From the NCBI GenBank assembly GCA_040776905.1, contig JAXGZQ010000001.1, positions 1,372,400 to 1,436,399 on the forward strand: a stretch of 64,000 bases of DNA. The letters are read 5' to 3'. This DNA is from Clostridia bacterium (GTDB lineage Bacteria > Bacillota > Clostridia > Saccharofermentanales > UBA5734). The translations under genes were made by a program, and so were the position numbers. The notes below the pieces were generated by a model that saw only the letters and a program-made list of their open reading frames with translations, ran no database searches and was not told the DNA's origin. Below are positions 56,569 through 64,000 of this stretch, piece by piece; positions within the stretch are counted from its first letter, which is position 1; each line of letters starts with the position of its first letter.

Positions 56569-58296
56569 ATGAAATTGACAAGGGATTTCCCTTGTTTGCT
56601 GAAATGGTCACATACGGGGGGTGGGGAAATGTTCTATGTGGCCAAGCGCGACAAGCGCACAATGCTGATTGTGGCACTGCTGATCGTGTTTGCCGTTTTG
56701 CTCCGGCAGGCGTATCAGGTGTTTGGCAACGGAACTCCGGCCACCGTGAGCTGCGCTATCCTGAGAAGTCTTATATACATCGGGCTTTTTGCCGCATGGG
56801 GTTATTCTCTCCGCAAGCGTATCGTGCAGCCACAGATACGCCGCTATCTGGTTGCCATTGCCTTTTTCATGGTATTTTGGATGGCAGTCAGGTCACTCAA
56901 ATTCTTTATTTTGCTTGAGCAAACTGTTCCGTATCGCTTTGCATGGTATGCCTATTACATACCCATGCTGCTGATACCCATGCTTGCCCTGTTTGCCGCT
57001 GTATCGCTGGGAAAGCCGGAGGGCTATCGAACGCCGAAGCGCTTGCGCCTGCTTTGGATACCGACCCTTCTCCTTGTGACATTGGTCTTGACAAACGACC
57101 TGCATCAGATGGTTTTCTGCTTTCCGCCCGGGTCAACATGGTCGGACGACGCCTATTCCTACGCTGTGGGTTATTGGCTCGTTACATTTTGGGGTCTGGG
57201 AAGCGCTGTAATCGCGCTGGGGATCATCCTTCGCAAATGTCGCATACCGCACAGCAAAAAATTCCTTTGGCTTCCGCTGATCCCGTTTGCGCTCATTGTT
57301 GTTTACGTCATTCTTTATATCACCGTGTTCCCTGTGATCCAGCCGTTTTTGGGAGATATGGCCACGGTATTTTGTGTTCTGATCGCGGCGATATTTGAAA
57401 GTTGCATTCAATGCAGACTGATACCATCCAACACCCGCTATGGGGAGTTGTTCCGCGCTTCCGGTATTACAGCGCAGATCACAGACAATGACTACCGGGT
57501 GGTCCTTTCTTCCAACAAAAGCATGACCTTTCCCACCGAGGTCATGCGCCGGACGGAAGCCGCGCCGGTGATGCTGCCGGATAATATCCGTCTTTTCGGC
57601 GCGCCGATCCAAAGCGGTCATGTGCTTTGGACGGAGGATATGTCGGAGCTCGCCGCCGTTTTGCAGAAGCTATCCGACAACAAGGAGGAGCTTGAGAGCG
57701 GAAACGAGGTGCTCCAGAAAAATTACCGCATCACGCAAAGCATCCGAAAGCTGGTAGAGCAAAACCGGCTCTACGACGACATCGAGCGGCAAACCGCAGG
57801 GCAGATCGCTCTTTCCGCCACGCTGCTCCGGCAGTTTCAGACGGCGTCGGATGAAACCGAAAAAAGAAGGCTGCTGGGCAAGCTGGTGGTGATCGGAGCC
57901 TATCTCAAGCGCCGCAACAACCTGTTTTTCATCAGCGAGCAGAGCAAAATGCTCCCTGTTCGGGAGCTGGAGCTGTGTCTTGAGGAATCCTTTGACAACC
58001 TGAAGCTTTACGGCGTTAGCTGCGGGTGGTATCTTCGCGTCGGTGATGACATTCCCGCAAGCACGGCGATGCTGCTCTATGATTTCTTTGAGGCCGCAAC
58101 GGAGACGGCGCTGGATACGCTTCGTTCCATGATGCTTCGCATCTTCACCAAAAGCAGCGAAACCTGGTGCTGCGTCGATATTGACTGCGACGCGGACTTC
58201 ACACCGCTTGCCACAGACGGTATTTCCTATGAGCGTGGGGATGACGGGACTGCCATGCTGACCTTGCGCCTTCCGAAAGGGGGCGAAGCACAATGA
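56569..58296 (+). CDS. 7TM membrane sensor with degenerate histidine-kinase-like C-terminal domain (pseudo-kinase)
   Basis: Seven or eight hydrophobic helices in the first ~300 aa (HisKA_7TM-like), a coiled coil, then a DHp-like segment EQNRLYDDIERQTAGQ with no His at the H-box position. No N-box Asn and no GxGL lid. Alternative start at ATG 56629. Confidence 0.6.
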   Translation: MKLTRDFPCLLKWSHTGGGEMFYVAKRDKRTMLIVALLIVFAVLLRQAYQVFGNGTPATVSCAILRSLIYIGLFAAWGYSLRKRIVQPQIRRYLVAIAFFMVFWMAVRSLKFFILLEQTVPYRFAWYAYYIPMLLIPMLALFAAVSLGKPEGYRTPKRLRLLWIPTLLLVTLVLTNDLHQMVFCFPPGSTWSDDAYSYAVGYWLVTFWGLGSAVIALGIILRKCRIPHSKKFLWLPLIPFALIVVYVILYITVFPVIQPFLGDMATVFCVLIAAIFESCIQCRLIPSNTRYGELFRASGITAQITDNDYRVVLSSNKSMTFPTEVMRRTEAAPVMLPDNIRLFGAPIQSGHVLWTEDMSELAAVLQKLSDNKEELESGNEVLQKNYRITQSIRKLVEQNRLYDDIERQTAGQIALSATLLRQFQTASDETEKRRLLGKLVVIGAYLKRRNNLFFISEQSKMLPVRELELCLEESFDNLKLYGVSCGWYLRVGDDIPASTAMLLYDFFEAATETALDTLRSMMLRIFTKSSETWCCVDIDCDADFTPLATDGISYERGDDGTAMLTLRLPKGGEAQ

Positions 58297-59294
58297 ACCG
58301 GATAATCAACACCGTCAAAGCCATGAAATCGCAGTTTACGCAAGGCTCCGTCAAGGAATCTCTTGACAATCTGCCCACGGGGATATGTGTTTTCTCAAAA
58401 AGCGGAGTCCTCATCCTCTGCAACCGCCGGATGTACGCATTGGTATTTGATTTGTTCGGTAAGGACCTGCAAAGTTTGCCGGAGCTGCAAAACGCGCTGG
58501 CGGAGCCGGAAAAAAGCGGAAGCGTTACCCTTGACGGCGAAATCTATCTGTTCCCGAACGGCTCTGCGTGGTATTTCAGCGAAAGTGAGATCGTTGACCG
58601 CGAGGGCGAAAGCTATACCCAAATTACAGCCTCAGAGGTGACAGATCTGTACGAAAAAAAGTGGAAGCTGGCGCAGGAAAATGAACAGCTGAGAAAGGTG
58701 CGCAACAGCTTGCGGCAGCTATCCAAAAACGTGGTCGCAGAAACCCGGGAAAAAGAACTGCTGTCCATGAAAGTGCGGGTGCATGATGAGGTCGGCTCCA
58801 GCATGATCGCGGCGCATCAGCTTCTCCGGGAGGAAAAGCCCATGATAGACGCGGATGTTGTCGTTTCCATATGGGAGAGAGCCATTGGCTTGCTGAAACG
58901 CACCAACGATGAGCCGGAGGCACGCGACGAGCTGACGCAGCTCCGTGAACTGTGCGCAGGCATGGGCATTGAAATCATTATCAGCGGTGAAATGCCCGGG
59001 CAGAATGATATTCTCTATCTCCTGATAACGGCTCTGCGAGAGTGCGCCACCAATGCGGTGCGCTATGGCCGGGCCAAGAAGCTGTTTTTAGCCTTGAACG
59101 AGGAGAACGGCTGCGTGACAGGCGTTATTACAAACGACGGCAAGGCCCCCTCCGGCGAGATCGTGGAGGGCGGCGGACTGTCCATGCTCCGCCGCCGCAT
59201 TGAGCACGCAGGAGGACGCATGGCAATCAAAAGCGTACCGGTCTTTGAACTGACGGTAACGCTGCCTGTTGAAGGGAGGGAATTTCAGATATGA
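58293..59294 (+). CDS. cytoplasmic sensor histidine kinase (PAS-like N-domain, HisKA_3 + HATPase)
   Basis: H-box KVRVHDEVGSS (His164 codon 58782-58784), N-box LRECATNAVRYG, and GGGLSMLRRRIEHAGG. No TM segment. ATGA overlap with the upstream gene. Confidence 0.85.
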   Translation: MNRIINTVKAMKSQFTQGSVKESLDNLPTGICVFSKSGVLILCNRRMYALVFDLFGKDLQSLPELQNALAEPEKSGSVTLDGEIYLFPNGSAWYFSESEIVDREGESYTQITASEVTDLYEKKWKLAQENEQLRKVRNSLRQLSKNVVAETREKELLSMKVRVHDEVGSSMIAAHQLLREEKPMIDADVVVSIWERAIGLLKRTNDEPEARDELTQLRELCAGMGIEIIISGEMPGQNDILYLLITALRECATNAVRYGRAKKLFLALNEENGCVTGVITNDGKAPSGEIVEGGGLSMLRRRIEHAGGRMAIKSVPVFELTVTLPVEGREFQI

Positions 59295-59935
59295 TGACAC
59301 GTGTGCTGATCGTGGAGGATCAAAAAATGCCGAGGGAGAGCATGGTAGACTATGTGAACGCCAGCGACCGCTATACGCTGGCGGGGACGCTGACCAACGC
59401 GGCTATGGCAGAGGTGTTCTGCGCTGGGCATGACGTAGACCTGATTTTAATGGACGTATGCACCGAGCGCGACGAAAACGGTCTGGACGCCGCCGCCATC
59501 ATCAAAAAGAGGTTTCCCCACATCAAAATCATTATCGTCACTTCCATGGTGGAGTGCAGCTACCTTGATCGGGCGCACGAGGCAAATGCCGACAGCTTCT
59601 GGTATAAGGACGCCGGGGAGGATGAATTGCTCACCGTGATGGACAAGACCATGGCCGGCAAAACCGTCTACCCCAAACGAACACCGGAGGTCAAGCTGGG
59701 GATGGTTTCCAGCTATGACCTGTCGGAGGGGGAGCTTCGTGTGCTGCGGCTTTTGATGGAGAGCCTCAGCTATGACGAGATCGCGGCGGAGCTGGGCTGT
59801 ACGGAGCGCAACATCCGCTTTCACCTCAATAATGTGCTGGACAAGACCGGCTACAAGAATAAGATGCAACTTCTGCTGGCCATTGCCGACAAAAAGTTGA
59901 TCATTCCAACACCGGCAAAAGACTTAATGGATTGA
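59291..59935 (+). CDS. LuxR/NarL family response regulator
   Basis: Receiver VLIVEDQ...DLILMDV (Asp55 codon 59453-59455). C-terminal HTH LSEGELRVLRLLMESLSYDEIAAELGCTERNIRFHLNNVLDK. Confidence 0.92.
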   Translation: MMTRVLIVEDQKMPRESMVDYVNASDRYTLAGTLTNAAMAEVFCAGHDVDLILMDVCTERDENGLDAAAIIKKRFPHIKIIIVTSMVECSYLDRAHEANADSFWYKDAGEDELLTVMDKTMAGKTVYPKRTPEVKLGMVSSYDLSEGELRVLRLLMESLSYDEIAAELGCTERNIRFHLNNVLDKTGYKNKMQLLLAIADKKLIIPTPAKDLMD

Positions 59936-59945
59936 ACAGAATAGA

Positions 59946-59978
59946 ATTGACATGACCGCCTCTGCTTTTGCAGGGGCG
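59946..59978 (+). terminator. rho-independent terminator after the response regulator
   Basis: CCGCCTCTGC-TTTT-GCAGGGGCGG stem followed by eight T. Confidence 0.9.
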
Positions 59979-60013
59979 GATTTTTTTTGAAAAAACATAA
60001 AAACTTGCCTGAC

Positions 60014-60029
60014 CTGTCAGAAGTGACAG
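60014..60029. promoter_or_regulatory. inverted repeat upstream of the pseudo-receiver/giant-protein unit (candidate LuxR-type box)
   Basis: CTGTCA-GAAG-TGACAG, about 20 nt upstream of a TATAAT (60051-60056). Confidence 0.35.
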
Positions 60030-60111
60030 TGCGCTTTTTGAAAATATCCGTATAATTGAGATTGTACAAGTAAAAATGCCCACAGATACAAGAAAAAAAG
60101 AAGGTGAGTCA

Positions 60112-60495
60112 ATGCGACGAATTGTGCTGAATATGCAAAACAACCTGTTTGGCGACTCCATTGCAGTGACATTGCAAAAAGAGGAATCGGATTTTGACGT
60201 TTATCAGGCGGAATCGCCCGGCGAAGTGACAGAAATGTGTAGCTATGTCCATCCACACGCCGTGCTGATGGAGGTTACCGGCTATTCCCCGTGGCTGCTT
60301 GCGGAGCGCATGAAGCTTCGGGACGAGATCAAGGTGCGGGATGCGGCCTGCAAGGTCGTCCTGATCGTAGACGAGAACGCGGAGAAAAAGCTGGCCGCAC
60401 AGGTGCGGCAGGCCAAGAAGGACGGTCTGGTCGACCAGTTCATCTACGGCTCTGTTTCATCCGCCTACCTGACGGCGGTGATGGATACGCTATGA
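60112..60495 (+). CDS. stand-alone receiver-like domain with Asp-to-Glu at the phospho-acceptor position (pseudo-receiver)
   Basis: 127 aa with a CheY-like beta-alpha pattern. AVLMEVTG aligns with DLILMDVCT of the neighbouring regulator (Glu54 codon 60271-60273). The N-terminal acidic pair is replaced by NMQNN. Confidence 0.6.
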   Translation: MRRIVLNMQNNLFGDSIAVTLQKEESDFDVYQAESPGEVTEMCSYVHPHAVLMEVTGYSPWLLAERMKLRDEIKVRDAACKVVLIVDENAEKKLAAQVRQAKKDGLVDQFIYGSVSSAYLTAVMDTL

Positions 60496-60579
60496 CCGAA
60501 GGGTTTCACATTCTTATCCCTGCGGGAAACCGCTTAACTTAAAACAATCATATTTTAACCAAAAGGAGGAAGAAGTAAT

Positions 60580-63500
60580 ATGAAAAAAACAAGAACACGC
60601 ATTTTGAGCGGACTGTTCGCCCTTTGCATGGTGCTGACGTTGCTGCCCATGACGGCAATCCCTGCTCATGCCGGATCAGCTCCCCCGCAAGAAACCGTTA
60701 CAGTAACTAAGCGCAGCGAACTGCAGGATGCACTCGGCGACGAGAACAGGAATCTTCTCATTAAGCTGGGCGCTGATATAAAGTGGACGTATAAATATGA
60801 TGGATACTATGAGGTCGATTCCGATCAGCATATGGACGTGAAAGGGCAAAAAGCAATTGACTTAAATGGTTACGACCTGGAGTATTTTTGTGTTAGTGAA
60901 GATGTTTCGCAAAAAAGAACGGTATCCGTCTACATGTTTTTTGTTACAGATGGAGCTACCCTTCATATGTTTGACTCAGCGGGAGGTGGCCAAGTATTCC
61001 ATGGGGGATACATGTCTGATAATCAGAATAGCAGACCTAGCGGCACGAATATTTTTGATGTACAATTCGGAGGCCAACTGGTTATTGACAGCGGTAAATT
61101 CATCAGCGGTAGAGAAAAAGATTATTGGGCTTCTTTTGTATATAAAGTGGGCCAGTCAGTCGTCTACAGTGGATATACTACACTGATCCAAGGCGGAATG
61201 GTCATTAATAATAATGGCACTACTGTTATCAATGGAGGAAAATTTGTTGCACATGGAGGTAGTGTTGTCCATGTTGCAGATGGTGATGGTTCTGACTTGA
61301 CCATAAATGGCGGAGAATTTGCCAACATAGGCGCTGGTTATTATAGCCCAGTGATATACGGCGATAAAAGCTCGCTTGTTTCAATAAACGGAGGAACTTT
61401 TACCCCAAAAGAGAGATTGGTATTAAATTTTGGCGCTGAGTTCGGTGATCAAGACAGATGCGATTATGAAAAGGGACATTTGGGTATCTTCGCGGAATGG
61501 CTCAATCCCATGGCGACCTTTAAGCTGAATAATTCAACAAAAAACTACGAGGAAATATCAGCGGTTACAGGATTACGAGGTAAGGAATCTACGCTTAAAG
61601 TGATACCGGGTAGACCAAAGATCATTCTTTCTCCGGAGAAACCAAACGACTATTATCTCATATCATCCGATGTAAATTATAAAATTACAGCCACAGGCGA
61701 GCCGTATTTTACCAATATCGGTCTTGGCAGAAATACGAACTTTACATTTAAGTTGTTTAATACAAATAATAGCACTCCGATTGACACCGGCACCGGTAGC
61801 TCTGATGAATTTTACACTGGAGGGCACAGCCAATACAATATGTACTATTATTGGATGAAGGAAATGCTGCCCGGCTCAAGTGAATCGGGTGAGAATCTGC
61901 GGATATTCACGTTGGATGTTCGAGATATGCCTGCCAGCACGCCAAGTGTTACTGTCACGGCAGACAAGCCGAAAGCACACCTAGATGATACGGTCATTTT
62001 GACGGCAACCCCGAATATGCCGGTTACAAATTATAAATGGTATACCTCCCCGGGTACGCCATTGCAGGAAGGAACAAGCAATACCTTCAGTTTTTCCAAA
62101 AGTGAAGCCGGCTACTACACCTATTTCTGCGAGGTCACCAATGAGTACGGTCAAAAAAACAACAATGCCGTCAGGGTCAGTATAGGCCTCAACATGATGC
62201 CGCAAATTGCGGAAAATGTGCTGACCTTTAAATACGGTGTGAAGATTCCAGTTGAGAATGCAGTACTGCCCAGAAATACCGGGGGCGAAGCGAAAGAGTG
62301 GGATTTCATAGGAGAACTGCCTGAAGGCCTCAGCTACACACGGACACAAGGCTTCTACGGCACACCTGTCAAAGCAGGCGTATTCCCTTTGACCGCTAAA
62401 GCAACAAATGATGAGGGGTACGATGAAAAGGATCTCAACCTGATTGTTTCGGATCCAATCACCATTACAACCGAGAGCTTACCTGACGGAGAGGTCGATA
62501 AGAGCTATTCGCAAGCGACTGCCTTCACCGGCGGCGGAGACGTCACCTGGACAATTGAAAAGGGTAAATTACCGGACGGGCTTACCCTTAATTCGCAGAC
62601 CGGTGTGATAAGCGGTACGCCTTCGGTGAGTGGTCTGGCTATGTTCACGCTCAAAGCGGAGGTAACCGGATTGCCTTCTGCAACGCAAGATCTTACAATT
62701 TTGATTCACGCAAAGCCGAAATATCCTGCGTCAGTAAGCGAAAAGGTGCCGGCCAATAAAGACTATCGCATTGAAAATCCATTGACAGACGGTCGCTATG
62801 AAGAGGGGATCGAATACTGGTTGACCGGTACGGTGCCTCCAGGCGTAACTGTCGATATGGGCACTTCGGGCTTATTCAAAGGAGATCTCAAAACGACCGG
62901 AACACCCGTAGGCACGTACAATTTCAAATTGCATGCAAAAAATGATTATGGTGAAGCAGAGGTTCCAGTGACTCTGGAGGTCATAGAAGCACCCTTCCTG
63001 AAGATTACAGACTCATTCTTACCCTATGGCGAAAAAGGCCAACCGTATGATTCTGGAAGCCTGCTGAAGTATGCCACTGCGCCCACCACCACTCCTTCTA
63101 ACCTTCAATTTGAAATACAGCCATTTTCAGACGCCTTGCCGGACGGCCTTAGCTTTAACATAACAACCGGCGCTATTACCGGGACACCAACTGAAACCAC
63201 AGGTCTTTATCCGGGTGGCGAACCTGCTATGGTTACTCTGCATTTGAAATATATCGATACCGCATCAGGGTTGAAAAGCGATACCTCCACGGTCTTTTTG
63301 AAGGTGCTGGAAAGTGGTGCACGCAAACCACCTAGTGACATCACCTTGGAACGCGAGACCGTTGGTGCTGGGGTCTATAGTTTATATTCAATAAATGTTC
63401 TTGATGATGCGGGGGGAAAAGCTTTGCCTCCGCCAACTGTAACCCTGACAGCCGGCGCATTGCCCCATGGGTTAAAGATTGCAAAGTTTACTGAATCCTT

Positions 63501-64000
63501 TATTATTAGCGGGACAACGCAAAATAAAGGAACCTATACCTTTACCTTAAAAGCAGTAAACGACATAGGTTCATGCGAAAAGGAATTTACCCTTACCGTC
63601 ACAGAACCTGAGAAGCTGCCGCCACCCATTGCGACGCCAGCAGGCGGCATCTTTGCAGAAGGTGACACGGTGAAGGTAAAGCTTTCTGCAGCAGAAGGAA
63701 ACTTATTCAAATATACGCTCAACGACGGTCCTGAACAGAGTTATTTGGGCGGCACATCTCCATCTCCTGACATCGAGATCAAAGAAGACACCACTCTCAA
63801 GGTATACAATACAATTTTCGGCATCAACAAAAAGAACAGTGATATAGCGACTTATCAATTTGTTTTTGCAAAAGGTGCGGGGGATGTAGTGAGCATCACC
63901 ACAAAGGCACTTGCCGAAGGTGAGCGCACCAAAACCTATGCGGATCAGCAGATGAGCGGCACTTCCAGTAAAGGTGAGACGATTACATGGGTCGGCGGCA
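60580..64000 (+). CDS. giant secreted protein, 3' partial: signal peptide, beta-helix-like repeats, Ig-like and He_PIG-type repeats
   Basis: Not in the ORF track. Hand translation from ATG 60580 (RBS aaaggagga) shows 1140 codons with no stop to the window end. Signal peptide MKKTRTRILSGLFALCMVLTLLPMTAIPAHA. INGG(K/E/T)F repeats. LPDGL..N..TG.I.GTP repeats. Confidence 0.85.
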   Translation, partial: MKKTRTRILSGLFALCMVLTLLPMTAIPAHAGSAPPQETVTVTKRSELQDALGDENRNLLIKLGADIKWTYKYDGYYEVDSDQHMDVKGQKAIDLNGYDLEYFCVSEDVSQKRTVSVYMFFVTDGATLHMFDSAGGGQVFHGGYMSDNQNSRPSGTNIFDVQFGGQLVIDSGKFISGREKDYWASFVYKVGQSVVYSGYTTLIQGGMVINNNGTTVINGGKFVAHGGSVVHVADGDGSDLTINGGEFANIGAGYYSPVIYGDKSSLVSINGGTFTPKERLVLNFGAEFGDQDRCDYEKGHLGIFAEWLNPMATFKLNNSTKNYEEISAVTGLRGKESTLKVIPGRPKIILSPEKPNDYYLISSDVNYKITATGEPYFTNIGLGRNTNFTFKLFNTNNSTPIDTGTGSSDEFYTGGHSQYNMYYYWMKEMLPGSSESGENLRIFTLDVRDMPASTPSVTVTADKPKAHLDDTVILTATPNMPVTNYKWYTSPGTPLQEGTSNTFSFSKSEAGYYTYFCEVTNEYGQKNNNAVRVSIGLNMMPQIAENVLTFKYGVKIPVENAVLPRNTGGEAKEWDFIGELPEGLSYTRTQGFYGTPVKAGVFPLTAKATNDEGYDEKDLNLIVSDPITITTESLPDGEVDKSYSQATAFTGGGDVTWTIEKGKLPDGLTLNSQTGVISGTPSVSGLAMFTLKAEVTGLPSATQDLTILIHAKPKYPASVSEKVPANKDYRIENPLTDGRYEEGIEYWLTGTVPPGVTVDMGTSGLFKGDLKTTGTPVGTYNFKLHAKNDYGEAEVPVTLEVIEAPFLKITDSFLPYGEKGQPYDSGSLLKYATAPTTTPSNLQFEIQPFSDALPDGLSFNITTGAITGTPTETTGLYPGGEPAMVTLHLKYIDTASGLKSDTSTVFLKVLESGARKPPSDITLERETVGAGVYSLYSINVLDDAGGKALPPPTVTLTAGALPHGLKIAKFTESFIISGTTQNKGTYTFTLKAVNDIGSCEKEFTLTVTEPEKLPPPIATPAGGIFAEGDTVKVKLSAAEGNLFKYTLNDGPEQSYLGGTSPSPDIEIKEDTTLKVYNTIFGINKKNSDIATYQFVFAKGAGDVVSITTKALAEGERTKTYADQQMSGTSSKGETITWVGG

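Noticed and set aside
60866-63722. Listed ORFs 60866-61186(+), 61981-62349(-) and 63534-63722(-) as genes.
   Set aside because: They lie entirely inside the 1140-codon open frame that has a signal peptide, an RBS and repeated domain motifs. They are alternative-frame or antisense shadows.
1-64000. rRNA, tRNA, tmRNA, prophage, toxin-antitoxin or canonical defence-system genes.
   Set aside because: No cloverleaf-like or rRNA-like segments were noticed in the non-coding gaps, all of which are 620 nt or shorter. No capsid/terminase, nuclease-helicase, or small paired ORFs typical of TA or defence islands were seen.

Overview
The window looks like chromosome from a high-GC Gram-positive anaerobe, probably Clostridia-like. 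The taxon call is an inference from gene content: MurT/GatD, LplABC-type sugar ABC transporter, class II NrdJ and RepA_N. Nt 1-54513 are densely coded host DNA. They hold a Crp/Fnr + 4Fe-4S module and a large carbohydrate island (ThuA-like, AraC, class II aldolase, PfkB kinase, fucose-isomerase-like protein, two tandem GH31 genes, AKR, cupin, LplABC-type transporter). They also hold a six-gene NifX-like / MinD-ferredoxin ATPase / Mrp cluster with no nitrogenase genes in view, SDR + enolase-type mannonate dehydratase, MATE, and VOC-GH1-sulfatase. Further along are nrdJ next to a corrinoid adenosyltransferase, murT-gatD, a translationally coupled purA-guaA pair, GH38 plus two URO-D-like genes, and a MarR / ABC / ABC / acyltransferase operon. 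At 53224 there is a second guaA whose glutamine amidotransferase domain has been gutted. Directly after its stop codon the base composition drops and the content becomes foreign. First comes a decayed ICE/plasmid module (frameshifted RepA_N, C-terminally truncated ParA, iteron-like repeats). Next is an unusual signalling set: a 7TM pseudo-kinase, a soluble PAS histidine kinase, a LuxR response regulator and an Asp-to-Glu pseudo-receiver. Last is a 3.4-kb ORF absent from the supplied ORF track because it runs off the window, encoding a secreted beta-helix + Ig-repeat giant protein. My best candidates for an undescribed system are this island (signalling set + giant surface protein at the guaA paralog), the orphan NifX/MinD-Fd/Mrp cluster, and the GATase-less GuaA beside the efflux/acyltransferase operon. 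No rRNA, tRNA or CRISPR array was seen. All family calls come from motif recognition by eye; no searches were run.
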